Of a stretch of DNA of 64,000 nt, positions 1-15,971 are shown one piece after another. Under the pieces are notes generated by a model. It saw only the letters and a program-made list of their open reading frames with translations. It made no database searches and was not told the DNA's origin. The stretch is from assembly GCF_009914755.1 (NCBI RefSeq), contig NC_060925.1. One strand, written 5' to 3'. The position numbers and the translations under genes are program-made. Positions within the stretch are counted from its first letter, which is position 1. Each line of letters opens with the position of its first letter. Origin of the DNA: the human T2T-CHM13v2.0 reference genome, Homo sapiens.

Positions 1-598
<598 letters not shown>

Positions 599-1004
599 CT
601 AGGTCTGACAGACTCCAGTTCTTGGGCGAAGTCCTTGATGTGTCCACGGCACCTTGAGCTTGACTATGGGTCTGATTGCGCATGTAAGTCTGTGTATTTG
701 TGAGTGTGCTGTCATATGTGTTTGGTGAACATGTGTTTACAACGCATATGACTGTGGCCATGTGGGTTCTGTATACATGCATTTGTGAGCATGGATGTAT
801 CAACCTGCAGGGCCTTGGGGACAGGGGTAGGGGATATTGTGTATTTGAGCATGAGTTTGTACATCCAAATGTGGCTCTGCCTGTCTGTGTGTTTGTGTCT
901 GAGGAGTGTGGTTTTGTTTGGGAATGTTGGTGGTGTTGCTGTGGCTGAGAGGGTATGTTTGTGACTGACTGCCTATAGTTCTTTTGGGGCCCTGGGTGGA
1001 TTTA

Positions 1005-1376
<372 letters not shown>

Positions 1377-1869
1377 TCAACAAGTGATAGAAAAGACCCC
1401 TAACAGATTAGAAAACCTCAGCTGTGCGTCTCTCTGGCTTGACAAAGCTCTGAGCTGGAGAAACCCAGGCCCCCAAAGGGGGTGGTGGAGAGGGAACTCT
1501 TTCTAACTGGTAGAAGCCAGAAGGAAGCTCCTGGAGCCCTTTCCCTGGTTGCGGGGAACTCTCCTACATCCATTTGGGAGCTCTGCAGGTGGAACTGCCT
1601 ACTCAAGACGCCTCAGCTTATTTGTAGCTAGGAGTGGTTCTGGGCTGCTGGGATGGACCCTGCTGTCTGGAGCTGGATGTACCCAGGAGTAGAGATGGGG
1701 CGGAGTATGGACGTGAGGGGTTTCCGGGGAATAGGCACACAGGGAGAGCCCTCAGGATCGAAAGACAGAGAAGCAATGAGAAACAAGCACTGGATTAGGA
1801 GCAGAGACCGAGGCTTGGCTTTGCCGTTCATTTGCTGCATGACATTAGCAAATGAACGGCATTCATTTA

Positions 1870-2315
1870 GTCAGTGTATGAGTCAGCTACTCCTGCAATA
1901 ATGCTGCATAACAAAATCACCCCACAACTCAGTAGTTTAAACAATAAATATTTATTTTCTCACTCACTAGTGTGTGGGTCAGCTAGGGTTTGACTAATCT
2001 TGGCCATGCTCTCTGTGCTGGGCAGGTCTCCAGAATGTGATTTGGGTTCAGCCTATTTCATGTGTCTCCTCATTCTCCTTGGACTGGCAGCCACCCCAGG
2101 CTTGTTTCTCTCAAGGTGAAGTGTAGGAGCATGGAGGGAGCCAACCATATCTCATTGGCCAAAACAAGTCCCACGGCCAAGCCCAGCATCAGTGGGATGG
2201 AGAAGTATACTCTGCCCACAGTGAGTGGGCCCTGCAGATTTACTTGGTAAAGGATGTGGGTACCTAATCCTATCACAGAAAAGGAAGAACTGGGGTCATT
2301 GTTCTGATCTACCAT
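1870..2315 (-). mobile_element. Old MLT1-family (MaLR) LTR
   Basis: tgtatgagtcagcta...gctgcataacaaaatcacccc...cagtagtttaaacaataaatatttatt resembles the reverse-complemented MLT1 3' end. Confidence 0.65.
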
Positions 2316-5115
2316 GCACGTGAAAATCACTTCCTCTGAGGCCTCAGTTTCCCCACCAAATTGTACATAAGAACTATATGTAAGCATGACTTCCAGAACA
2401 CAGATTTCTCTCTACCCCAGTCCTGCTGAATCAGAACCCCAGCCGCAGACCCTGGGAATATGCATTGTTAACAAGTGAGTCAGGTGTTTCTTACCATCGG
2501 ACAAATTTGGGAAACTCAGGTCTGAGTAAGTCTAAACCCCCTGAAGCCCTCAAAGCCCTGAGGCTTTTGAAATTATAACAAGTCTTTCCCCCTCCTCTTT
2601 ATTCCAAGCCCCTTGTCTTACAGCTGCTCAGAGCCCAGCTGGGGGCTGTGCAACCTCACCACACCCCCACCCCATTATCCCCCTTTGCCAGGTGAGGAAA
2701 CTGAAGCCCAGAGAGGTAGAGTCATTTATGCTAGGTCCTACTACTTAAGTGACTTCTACTAATATTTAAACCCAGGACCATGTGACTCCAAGTCTACACT
2801 GTTCTGCAGTATAGTGTAGACACAGTATCTGCCCTTGAGGATGTATGTCCTAGTTGGAAAAATAAAACACAGACACAGAGCCTACATACAAGATGGCATG
2901 GATGAGGGCCCAAGAGGTGCTGGGGGAGATGAGGGAGATCACAGGCAGGAGAAATCATCCTCCTAGGGAATGAGCAAAGGGTATGTCCTGGAAGGCTTCC
3001 TGGAAGAGGAGGCATTTGAGCTTGACTTTGAAGAATGGAGAGGCTTCTAGCAAGCAGAGATGGAATCATACAGGAAGGAAGATGGCCTGGGGGAGGGAAG
3101 TACAGCAGGCAACTGGAGGGAGGGATTCTTCTTTCTGTTCCTCCTAAGTATCAGGTTCCCCTGACGCAGAGTCTTGGCACATGCTGTTCCCTCTGCCTGG
3201 AAAGGCTTTCTTATCCCATTCTTCCTTCAGGCCTCAGCTCATTTCACTGACCTTCCTGACTTGGTGGGACACCTCCCTCCCCAACCCCAGCACCATGGCC
3301 TTCTAGTTCCCGTGGTTGAAATTTTACCTTGTGTCATTGATCATTTAGTTCTTGTTCGTCTCCCCCATCATCGGCACTCGCAGCACACAATGGGTCTGCT
3401 TTTCCTCACCATGGTTTTCCCGGCACCTAGAGGGGGCTGCACCACAGTGAACATTCAGCGAACATTTGCAGAAGGGTTCGGAGAAGCGTGGGGTGAGGTG
3501 GGGTGTGGAGAAGTGCAATCGGGCTGGGAAACAAGGCTGGGGACTCAATTTCCAGACAAATGCATTCAGTGGTCGGTTTTAAACAGACCCTAAAATTCAA
3601 TATATAAATATCTAGCTCATTGCCTTAAAAGGAAAAAGTGTTTCTTCTGGGCAAGTGACTGGGCCTTGCTCGCAATCCCTTGGCATTCACCGGGGCCAGA
3701 ACTGTCTTCTGACTTCATCCAGCCATCATGCCGCCTTTGAACCACGCTCTGCCTTTCCAGAGCACCTTTCTGCCTCATATTCATGAGTCGTGCTCATGGC
3801 CCCGAGGAAGGAGGCTGGGCTGGGCTTGAGGGATAAGGAAACGGGTTGGGAGAGGTCATGCCACATACTCAGGTGTACTCCGCTGGACAGTGGCAGACCC
3901 AGGAGTCAGTCTGGCTGTTCAGAGTGAGCCACGCTACCCTCCTGCCTCTCCACACCCACAGACAAGACCATAGCAGAGAGGGGCAGGAGGGAGGGACAGA
4001 GGCTGAGCCTTAGGGTGGGCAGTCAGAGGAGAGCTTCTCTGAGGAGGTGGCGTTTAAGCTGAGGTCCGAATGACAAGCAGACAGCCCTGCAGACCTGGGG
4101 GCTGGGAGGTGTAGCATTTCACTGATCCCGGGCTTCTATCCAGCGCCCTTGGCCATTCTCCAGGGCTGCCCCGGACACAGCCTAAGCCCTTTAAGGATCT
4201 CACCCTGAGCAAGCCCAGAACACCCCCACCTCTGCCAGCTTCCGGAAGTAGTGGGAAGGGTCTGTGCTTTGGAATCAGGCAGCCGAACCTGGCTTTGAGT
4301 CAAGCCTGGCCGCTCACCAGCATGCAACCTTGGACAAGTCACTCAGCTCATGTCTGATTGCATCTTCCTCATGGACAGCTTCGCCCTCTCCTTACAGGAG
4401 GATTTAGCTGTGAGGATTTCAGCTAAGCTATGCAAGGTGCCTCCCAGGTTGCTGGCACAGGTAGGCGCCTAAAACACAGAGATCATTCTCTATTCACTCT
4501 AATCCCCAAAACGGCTTACATTTGTCAAGTGCTAACTGTGTGCCAGGCACCGTGCTAAGCCCTTAACACTGAATCCTCACAACGATACGAGGTAGGTCCT
4601 GTTGTCATCCTGTTTTATAGATGAAAGGAAAGCGAGGCATTGAGAGGTAAGTGACTTACTCTGCTCTATCCCAGGCCAGGAAGTAACAGAACCTGAATAA
4701 TTGTATCTCTGCATCCTCAGGGCCCAATGTTGACCAGACCCATGCCTTCTACAGAGATGGGGCAGGCAGTCCATATGCTCCATCCATACCACAGCCTGGC
4801 TGGGTATCCCCAGCCTTTGAGGCCCCCTGTAATTAACAGGGTCAGCCACTTAGGAAGCTCTACCATCAGCATATCCTAGGAGCTCATGTTGCAGAAAGGG
4901 CATCGGAGCGGGGCCTGACAAATTCAGCCCCCATCCCACATGGCCCCTTCCAAGCTGTGTAGCCAGGATGTGAGAAGACCTCATTTCTCTGAGCCTCAGT
5001 TCCATCACCTACAAAATGGGCATTTATCTATCATTACAGCTTTGCTAGATGGTTGTGGACATTAACAAGAATGTGAACAGCACCTGGAACATAGATGGAC
5101 AGTACATGGCAGCTT

Positions 5116-6002
<887 letters not shown>

Positions 6003-8334
6003 GAAGTTAAACCTACATCAAATTACAACTCAGCAGCGTTGGTAGAGGCCTTGGAGTTCACCTAGGGCAAACACCTCCTTTTAGAAGAAAACTGAGGTCC
6101 ACAGAGGTTCCTTAGTGGCTACCCAAGATCCCACAGCAGGTCCCCAGCATCCTGACCGGGTGTCTGTGACACCACTCCACATGGCTTTCTCGTGGAAAGA
6201 CTTTCAACTCTCCAAAGCCTTTTCTGCCACTTGTGTTCTCTGATCCTCCTGCCCTGCTGTGGGGCGGGCACACAATGGCTCAGCCTCTGGAACTGGCATG
6301 AACGTGTACTCACCTACTTCTCTCCCTGGGGGACCAAGAGGATCAGAGAGAAATGGGCCAAGAGAGCCCCCTGTGTGCTTATGCCTGAGACCACAAGGTT
6401 CGAGAGGGAGATAGAGGGAGAGGGCACTTCCCTCCCTGGGCCGAGCCCTCTCCGCGCATCTTCCTCTTTGATCCTCCCAAGCATTCTGCAGGGAAGGCAT
6501 TGCTGACCTAGAGTATCATTTAAGATTGGTTTTGGCTGCATATTCTAGGAAGAAAAATAACAGATAGCCACTGCCACAGTAGTGCTGGTTAACAATCAAC
6601 CATTAACCACAAAGCCGACGGCATGGAACAAGAAGCACTTAGCTAGCTGGGGAGTCTCAGGGTCGACTGGACAGCAACGCTGGTCTTGGCGAGGTGCATT
6701 CTTAGGTTTGTAGTTCATGTGCTCCGGGTCACTCGGCAGCTCTTTGGGTTTTGTCACGTTTGGGGGTTGACTGCTGTCCACTGGTCTGGAGTGGCCCTGG
6801 AGGGGACAACTGGAGCAACAACTCTGCTCCAACATGTCTCAGCCTCCAGCAAGTCCACCTGTGCATGTTTTCTCATGGCAATCACAGGGAACCAAGGCAG
6901 CAGGCAGACACTCGCAAGGGCTTTTGCAAGCCTCTGCTTATGTCATGTTGGCTTATATCCTATTGGCCACCACAAGACACGTGGCCAAGCGAGAGTCAGA
7001 GAGAGAGAGAGAACTACATAAGTTACAGGGCAAAGGGTGTAGATACAGGGGGGTGATTAATACAACTGGTCTAACAGCATGGCTTAGACTAAAGGGAGGT
7101 TTCTTTTTCTCATGTGTGAAGCGTGTCAGAAGATAGGAGTACAGCAACTCCATGGAGCCATCAGAGATCCACACTCCTCAGCACACAGCTTCATGTCCTC
7201 ATGGACCAAAATGGCTGCAAGGTCTCTGGCTATCACATCCATGTCTCAGGTTGCAGTGGAAGGAGGGTGAGAAGGGTAGGGCCCTTCCTTTTAAGGAAAC
7301 TTCCTAGAAGTCCCACACATGCTTCAGTTTATATTTCACGGCCACTTCTAGCTGCCAGAGAGGTTCAGAAAATGTTGTCTTCTATTTGGGCACAATGTAC
7401 CTAGCTAAGAACCAGGATTTTGTTAAGTTGAGAAAAAGAGAGAATGGATAGTTGTAGCGTCTGCCACATCCCATTTTACAGGTAAGGAACCCAGGCTCAG
7501 AGAGAGGTAACTTGCCTGCAGTCACACATTGGCCTAGTAGAACAGCTGGCATCTGAACCCTGAACACCACCTTTTCTCACCTTCACCGCCACCACTATTC
7601 CAGAGCACTCAGCTACTCATGGTGCTGTTTGAGAATCTGAGCAGCCCAGACAGCTGCATTTGGCTCACATCATCCTCTGACCCCTTAATCTGGGCCAAGT
7701 CCTGTGCTAATCACTTTACAAACAGGTCTTCATTTAACCTTCCTTGCCCATTCACAGAGGAGAAACTGACGCACAGGAGGTGGAGGTAGGCTGCCCAGAC
7801 CACCTGCTTTGAGGCCCAGGCTTTTAGCATCTTGCTAGTCCAGGTGCTGGGGTAGGACTGTCCCACCAGGAGGCCAAAGGTGAGGTCAAGACGATTCCAC
7901 AACCCACTAGGAGATGGGTGATTGGATGTTTCCCCAGCACAAAGCCCAGGGCCTCGCCTCAGCCCACTCATAGGCTACTTATGGGTAGGGCCAGGTAACC
8001 AGGGGTAGAAGAAACCAACCTGGGCCTTACAGTCAGACAGACCTGGGTCCCCATCTCAGCCCTGCTGCCTGGGGTGTGGGGGCATCCTGTCGGTCTCTTC
8101 CTTTCCTCATTGGTAAAAAGGGAGGGATTAACCCCTACTCCATCTGATTGTGACGAAGGGGCCTGGCACTGGGCAGGCTCTGCTAAACATATGCTGGATC
8201 AAGGGGAGAGCAAATGAGCACATGAACAGCCAGTTGCCACCCTAGAGAGGGGCTCTTCTCAAGTTCAAGGAAAAAATAATAATAATGTCTCCTGGACCCA
8301 GTTTTTTGTTTTATTTTTTTCATATGTTCCACAG

Positions 8335-8545
8335 ATTGGTAGTTCCCAAAAACGTTAAGAACTATCATGTGAGAAAAGGTTTCTGAGGCCAAATGAGCCT
8401 GCGACCACTGGGTTAAACCGAGTTAACTGGATGTCTCCCCTGCGGGACTTCTCAGAGCCTTGAATTAAACACATGTGCAGTGTGAGTCTCCACAAGCAGA
8501 CGGGCTACAACTCTGCGTTCCTCAAACTTTCTTAGCCACAGAATA
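8335..8545. mobile_element. hAT-Charlie (Charlie4-like) fragment
   Basis: ctgggttaaac...gacttctcagagcctt...gtgcagtgtgagtctcc; related copy at about 56020-56225. Confidence 0.5.
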
Positions 8546-9079
8546 CGCAGTGCCACCCTAGCACCAGTTGTCAGCTTTTCCTTTTTTCTGTCCCATACCA
8601 CTCTCTAAGAGGCCCATCAGAAAGAATCAAAGGCCCACTTTCTGGAAGTTTTATTTGCAGAAATTCGGTTGTGAGAATTATCGTCAGGTCATCCAGAATT
8701 GCAGCCAGATCATCGGGGGTTAACTGCGTTGCTACGGGTTTAAGGGACAAACGCTCAAAAAGCAGCTGTCCCATGATGAGCTGGGAATTCTAAGAGTCCC
8801 GTCCCAAGTAAACTGTCCCTGCTACAGACCCTGGAGAGGACTAGCGCAGTGACAAGCAATTGTCATGGAACTGTTAGCTAGCTGGTGGCAAGAGGCCCCA
8901 CGTCACTGCAGCAGTTCCCAACTGTGGGTGGGCACAGGGCCTGGGGGAGAGGGAAACTGCCTTCCGCTGGCTGCTTGGGAAGTACTGCCTGGGGCCTTTG
9001 TTTTAGTGGCCAGCCCACAAGGTCGGTAGACTCGGGTTCCTGAGGGGGCCAGAAAAGGGGAGAATCTGTCTGGTCCCCG

Positions 9080-9160
9080 CTTTTCCCTTTCTCCCTTCCT
9101 TCCTCCTTCCTTCCTCACTTTCTCCCTTCCTTCCTCCTTCCTGTCTTCGTTTCTTCCTCC
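9080..9160. repeat. CT-rich (CTTC)n low-complexity tract
   Basis: Direct reading. Confidence 0.85.
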
Positions 9161-9605
9161 AGTAAATATTGGTCATGCACCTACTCCAAGCCACACACTG
9201 TTTCAGGCTCTGGGGATAAAGGATTGAATGAGAGACAAGGTCCCTGACCTCAGATAGTGTTGGTGCTATGACAAAAATAAAATGAGTATGAGAAGGGGCT
9301 ACTGGAGGGGAGAGGTAGTTCAGGAGGGCATCTCGGAGGAGTTGACATTTGAGCTGAGACTTCAATGAAGAGGAGGATTTGGCCATGGAAGATGTGGGGG
9401 AAGAGGTTTCCAAGCAGAAACACCATAGGGCCAAGGCCCTGAGGCAGAACAGAAAGGCTGCCAGTGTGGACAGCTTGGGAGAGAGGGGGCAGGCAGAGGG
9501 AGGTGGCAGACGCCAGGCAGCTGGGCCTTGTGGGCCACAGTAGTGTGTCTGTGTCTTATTCTGGGTGCAGTGGGAAGCCGCTGAGGGTCATCAACAGGGA
9601 GTGAA
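9160..9605 (-). mobile_element. L2 fragment
   Basis: agtaaatattggtcatgcacctact...gacatttgagctgagac...ggcagaacagaaagg typical antisense L2 3' region. Confidence 0.65.
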
Positions 9606-10664
9606 GACATCAGGGAGACATTGGGATCTGCAAGTCTGGGGCTTGGGATGGGGTCTCCAGCTGTCCTGTGCCCAGCGACCTCTCCCCCACTCCCTTGGAG
9701 CTCAGGGATCTTCGGACCAGTGAAAGGGTCGTAGCTCCGGGTTGTGAGGGGAAGCTGAGCCAATCCCCAAGCCCACCCACCTCTTGCAGCAACCAGGGGC
9801 ACAGGCTGCTGGCTTCCTGTCCTGTCCTGGGATCCTAGTCCCAGAAGACCCTGAGAGACCACCCCGTACAACCCCTTCATGCCCTGAGAAGGAAACGGAG
9901 GCACACAGAGGGAAGGCTCCTTCCCCAAGTCTCAGCCAAGGAAGGGGCTGAACTCCCCCCTGGGGTTCACTGAGGGCAGCAGGGCCCCTGACCACCTGCT
10001 CCAGACAAGCAGGCCCCGCCTGGCCGGCCTCCCCCTGCCCCTCTCGGCCACAAGCCTCTTTTGTGCTTACTCCCTGGGGCTCCATCTCCTTGCAGGGGTC
10101 ACAGGGCACCACTGACCCCATCCCCCTGTCAGCGTGCCCGGCTAGTAATTGAAAATACCAGAATTCCCTGATGACCAACTTACAGGGAAACCTGACACCC
10201 CAGGGTGGGCGGTGGGCAGCAGGAGGGGTGGGAGAGCATCCAGCTGTTCCCTTTTCTCCGCCGTTAATCCCCCTGGATTCCAGGAGAAAGGCTAGCCCTG
10301 CTGGCCCCCACTGGCCCGCCTTGATCATCTTCCTGGCAAATGCTGCCTCCTTGCCACGCCTGGGGTTACAGGGCTTATGGGATCAGAGCCCAGGTTAGCT
10401 GCCTGTAACCCAAGCCTGCCAGCTACGCCTGCCAGGCCCAGACCCCCAAGGCCGCGTGGGACCTGCCTCCACCAGCAGCTGAGTTCCCAGAGCTGGGGCG
10501 GGCCGGGTGGGTGGTAGGTGAGTCAGCGGGAACCAGGCGGGGTTAGCTCTGCAGCAGCAGGAAGGGAGCTGGACCAGGATGTCCTCAGGGGCCCTCGGAG
10601 GTCCGCTGGTTTCCAGAACTCCCTGGTCAGCCGGCATCAGCCACAGCCAGTGGAGGGGAAAGGA

Positions 10665-10845
10665 TGTGTTGGACCTGGGTGAGCCTGGTTTGAATCCCAG
10701 CTCCACTGCTTGCTGTGTGGCCTTGGGCAAGTTACTTCACACTTCCGTGCGTCCATGTCCTCATCTGTAAAATGGGTATAACAGTAATACCAGCCTTGTA
10801 GGGTTGATAGGAGCATGAAGTGAGTTAACGGATGTGAAGCATGTG
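10665..10845 (+). mobile_element. MIR
   Basis: tttgaatcccagctccac...tgtgtggccttgggcaagttactt...cctcatctgtaaaatggg MIR core. Confidence 0.85.
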
Positions 10846-11284
10846 GTTTGCTGTTAGCTGCGCGGCCTTTCCCTTTTTCTGGGCACCATGGGGCATACGG
10901 GGGTTATCAGAATGGCAAGCTGAATGACAAGCTTGTTTTAGTTGAGGAGCAGGTTGCCACCCCTACTAGTCCTTCTGTGGCTCCCCAGTGCCTCAGGACT
11001 GGAAGTTTGGCCCCCACCTTCCTCGGCAGCCTTGTCTCTTCACCTCTCATGGAACTCTTTGTATGGCTGCTCCAAGACCCTCTGAGCTCCAGGGCCGTAT
11101 ATAAAGAGTGTAGCCCAGGCAGGTGAGGGGGGCAGGCTCAGCAGAAGCCAGGCTGCAAGCAGCCGCGTGGCAGGTGGATCATATACTAGACCAGGACTCA
11201 GCTGCTCCTGGCTCTAGTCCAGCTTTACCACTACCAGCTGTGTAGCCTTGGACAAGTCACTTTCTTTCTCTGGCCCTGAATCCA

Positions 11285-11480
11285 CTAGTCCTCAAAATGT
11301 GGTCCACAGACCAGCAGTATCAACATCACCTGGGAGTTTGCTAGAAATGCACATTCTCAGGCCCCACTCCAGACCTGCTGAAGTAGAATCTCAGTGGGGG
11401 GTGTTGTGGGGAGGCCAGCAATGTGAATTTTAATAAACTCTCCTGGTTATCCTTATGCCCATTCAAGTTTTAAAAGTGCT
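11285..11480. mobile_element. MER5A (hAT-Charlie MITE)
   Basis: ctcaaaatgtggtccacagaccagcag...tcacctgggagtttgctagaaatgcacattctcaggccccactccagacc. Confidence 0.8.
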
Positions 11481-11524
11481 GCAATCTAGAGAGATACATT
11501 CTACAATTGTCCTTTGTTGGGAGG

Positions 11525-11758
11525 TGAAACTCCAGAGAGAGGTGTGAACAGAACAGCCTCTGCTGAAATCCCAGAGGGTGATGTGAACAGAGCAGCTCTG
11601 CTGAACTCCCTGAAGGTGGTGTGAATGGAGCAGATCCTGATGAATTCCCAGGGAGAGGTGTGAACAGAGCAGCCCCTGCTGAAATCCCTGAAGGTGGTGT
11701 GAACGGAGCAGCCTCTGCTGAACTCCCAGGGAGAAGTGTGAATGGAGCAGCCCCTGCT
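11525..11758. repeat. Minisatellite, about 6 copies of a 39-bp unit
   Basis: Unit ggtgtgaacagagcagcctctgctgaa(a/c)tccc(agggaga/tgaaggt). Confidence 0.9.
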
Positions 11759-14467
11759 CTTGTTCAAGGCTGAATCACTTTGACCAAGTCCTAAAATGGG
11801 AGCTTGGACCCCAGAGCTCCATGCCACTTCTGAGTCTTACAGCTTCCCCAGTGCCTAGCATGGTGCCCATCCTGGGACAGGCACTCATTTAGTTGAAAAA
11901 CAGTATGCTTCCTCCCATTAAGCTGCAAGTCCCTGGAAGGCTGGGATGCTGTGAGGTTCCTCTCCGGAGCCCCAGCACCCCGTATCATGTGGTTGGCATC
12001 ATAGCAACTCCACGAACTGAAGAATTCTTCACAATGTCTCCCTCCTGAGGGGCGCCCAGCACCCCACTCAGACCTTCACATGCATTTCCACTGCCTTCTC
12101 ACAGCATCCTGGCCAGGTGAGGGTTCCTACTTGATAGGTGTGAAAACTGAGGCTCAGCAAGGCTAAAAGTACCTGCTTAAGGCCACACGTGAGTGAGTGG
12201 AGGAGCAGGGAGCTGCATACGGGTCTGTTGGACTCCACCCTCGGGGCTCCCCACCGCTAGGCTAGACGGCCTTGCCAGGGACTGGATGGGAGCGTCTTGA
12301 CCTGGGCACTGTGCGGGTCTAGGCATGAAGCAGTAGGTGAGCGAGCACACCTGGCAGCAGCGCAATCCAAATACTCCTCACCCGTCCTTGCCCTTGCGGG
12401 CTCTGTGTGTCTGATGCTCCATTAATGTAACACATATCAACGTGCTGTAAGACAGCAGCACGCCTCTGACTCCACCCTTCACACATCCCTCCCCACCTGC
12501 GTGGCCGGCCCTCTGGGAGACAGACCCAGTATTTCAAGGAGCCCTGGAGGCTGCCTTACCCAGCCTCTCACCCCAGAACTGTCCTCAGGCCCCTGGAGGC
12601 AGGGGTGGGAGGCATCTCTCCCAGAATCTCTGGCAGCTGAGTTTCAAGCATCCTCCTTAGCTTCTCAGAGCACCCTGTCGCACCCCCACCTCCACCACAC
12701 ACACACAGACCCAGTGGTCAGCCCCTGTGGGTTGGATGAGAGGGGCAGAGAAGCTGTGGGGAGGCATGGGGATTGGGGTGCTTCCCGGGCCAGCACAAGG
12801 GATGAGCCCCCAGATTGGCCCTGGTCAGTGACACTCCAGAAGGGCCTTATTTTGTTGTTTCACTGGGACACCGACCACTGACAAGCCCGTGATGGGCAGA
12901 CAGCCTGGACTTCATAAAGAAGCTGGATCCTCGGCAGTCCAGGAGAGCAGAACACTCAACTCCTCACAAAGGCAGTTCCACGGGGAGGGATGGCGCTGGG
13001 GCTGAAGGCAGGTGGGAAGTAGGAACTGCTTTGAGACCCAGAGGGGGTCATAGCTAGGGCAGGATGACTCAGCTCCAAGCCCACCTCAGCTCCTCACCAG
13101 CTGTGTGACCTTGGGGAAGTCACTGTGCCTCTCTGAGCCTCTTCTGCAAAGTGCAGATATTGACCCTCATCCTACATGATTGTTGAGGGGGTTAAATGAG
13201 ATGCTGCAAGTCCATGCTCAGTGCACTGTGGCAGGTGACACCTGCAAACACCCACAGCACTGACAACATGCCAGGTGCTACACTGAGCACACAACCAGAC
13301 CCCTGATCCCAAGAGGCCAATGCCCCTGGCAGGGCAAGGAGCCGAGCTGAGGGTCAGGCAGCCTCCCCTGGGTGTAAAAGGAACAGAGGCTCATCAGGGC
13401 CGCATGGACCAGGGTCTAAGTCCTTCTTGCAGGTGCTGCCACCTCATCTGGAGTGTCTCGGGACAATTTTCCATAGCTCCTTGGGGTGCGGGAGGGGAGT
13501 CTGGACCTGCCCAGGCCCACGCTGGTCCCCAGGCTCATTCTCGGTGTCGAGGGCTGCAGAGGAAGGACTGGCAGGGAACATTGGAGCCTCGAGGCCTCAG
13601 AGATCTTCTAGCCTGGCCAGGGGTGCCCAGGAGGAAGCCAGGTCCAGAGGGGAGGCAGATCGCCTAGGTCACACAGCCAGTTAGCAGCAAGGCAGAGAGG
13701 CAGTCTAGGGACAGACACAGAGCAGGAAATGGGTGAGTCAGCTCCAGCCTTCAAACCCCACAGCTGATGTTCAGGTTCCCCTGAACTCCTACCAGGCCTG
13801 CTCCACACTCACATCCCATATGGTCAGAGCCCCTGCAGAGCAGGACTTGGGGCTAGGAGAAGTGTCAGCCTCCACTTTCCAGTGTCCTTGTATTGGCTGA
13901 GACAGGACGTCTGCTTGTCACAGACCCGCCCAGGAATGAGGAAAGAATGCAGGAGGTGCTCCCTTCACCCTGGTGAGTCCTCAGCCCCTCCTGGGACCAC
14001 AAAAATCTCGGGCCCAGAGAAGCAAGGAGGCTTGCCAGCGTCACACCACGGGTGTGGGGACCACATTGAGAGTCCCTCTCTGGCCAGTCCCACTCTGGAG
14101 CAAACAACTGCTCTGGCAAGATGCAGACCTGGGTCCAAATCCCGGCTCCCCCACTGACTGTGTGATCTCAGGAAGCCGTGTGCACCTCGGAACTTCAATG
14201 TCTTCACCTGTCAGCAGGGGTGATACACCCTCTCATCAACAGTCAACTCAGGAAGCGTGTGTAAAGGGCCCAGGGCCATGTCTACACAGAGGTGATGCTT
14301 TCTGGAGGTTTGCTCCATGTGAGAAGGAGGCAAAAGACAGCAGGCCGGATGCATTATGAAATAAGGACTCAAGAACAGGCTGTGTGCCATGGACCTACCT
14401 CGGCACCTCAGGCAGCTCACACCCCCTCTCTTGACCTCAGTTTCCACGACTGCAAAATAAGGGAACT

Positions 14468-15046
<579 letters not shown>

Positions 15047-15099
15047 TCATAAAATCAAATGAGGGAATTGTACTAAGGTATTTCTTCTCCCCACTCTTT

Positions 15100-15380
15100 G
15101 CGACAGAGTTTCACTCTTGTTGCCCAGGCTGGAGTGCAATGGCATGATCTCGGCTCACAGAAACTTCTGCCTCCCGCACTGAAGCGATTCTCCTGCCTCA
15201 GCCTCCTGAGTGCTGGGATTACAAGCATGCACCACCATGCCTGGCTAATTTTGTATTTTTAGTAGACACGGGGTTTCACCATGTTGGCAAGGCTGGTCTT
15301 GAACTCCTGACCTCAGGTGATCTGCCCACCTCAGCCTCCCAAAGTGCTGGGATTACAGATGTGAGCCGCTGCACCCAGCC
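15100..15380 (-). mobile_element. AluS, antisense
   Basis: 17-bp TSD tgtactaaggtatttct at 15069 and 15382. Confidence 0.95.
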
Positions 15381-15846
15381 ATGTACTAAGGTATTTCTAA
15401 GCATCCTTCTAGCACTGCACACAGCCCCCTGACTGCTTGTCTCTTCATCTAACCACCTCTGTGAGAGCACTCACAGCACTGGTGGGAGGAATGGGAGGCG
15501 GAAATAACTGATTGATTTTATTGAGATGAAATTCACATGACATACAATTAACCATTTCTATCTCTACTGTCTCTCAACTTGATGTGGCCTGAGCTTCCCC
15601 AGGGCTGGTGAAGTCGTCAGTGTCTGACCTGAAGGTGCCCCATGAGAGCTCAGCAGCAGCACCCATAGCCCTGCATGAGCCCCTCTGCCCCCTGTCGGCT
15701 CCCCGAGACTGGCTCTGTGGCCTCAGCCAGATGCCCTTCCCTCTCTGATCCCACAGTGCCCCACCTGTCCGAGTACCTCTGAGGGTGGGCCAGAAGCTGC
15801 ACCTTCTCATGCCTCCCTGATCCCTGACCTCTGGCCTCTCTTCCAG

Positions 15847-15971
15847 CTCCATCGGCAGTGTCCATCATGCATCAGGTGAGCCGCACCGTGGACAGCATTA
15901 CCCTGTCGTGGTCCCAGCCGGACCAGCCCAATGGCGTGATCCTGGACTATGAGCTGCAGTACTATGAGAAG
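15847..15971 (+). CDS. EPHB2: EPHB2 coding exon 6 (first half of FN3 repeat 2)
   Basis: ttccag|CT CCA TCG... translates (A)[41 protein letters not shown]; ends AAG|gtacct; 125 nt, phase 1 to 0. Confidence 0.97.

Noticed and set aside
11501-11827. Repetitive Cys/His ORF or CRISPR-like array
   Set aside because: Plain tandem minisatellite with no unique spacers; no cas genes; eukaryotic intron
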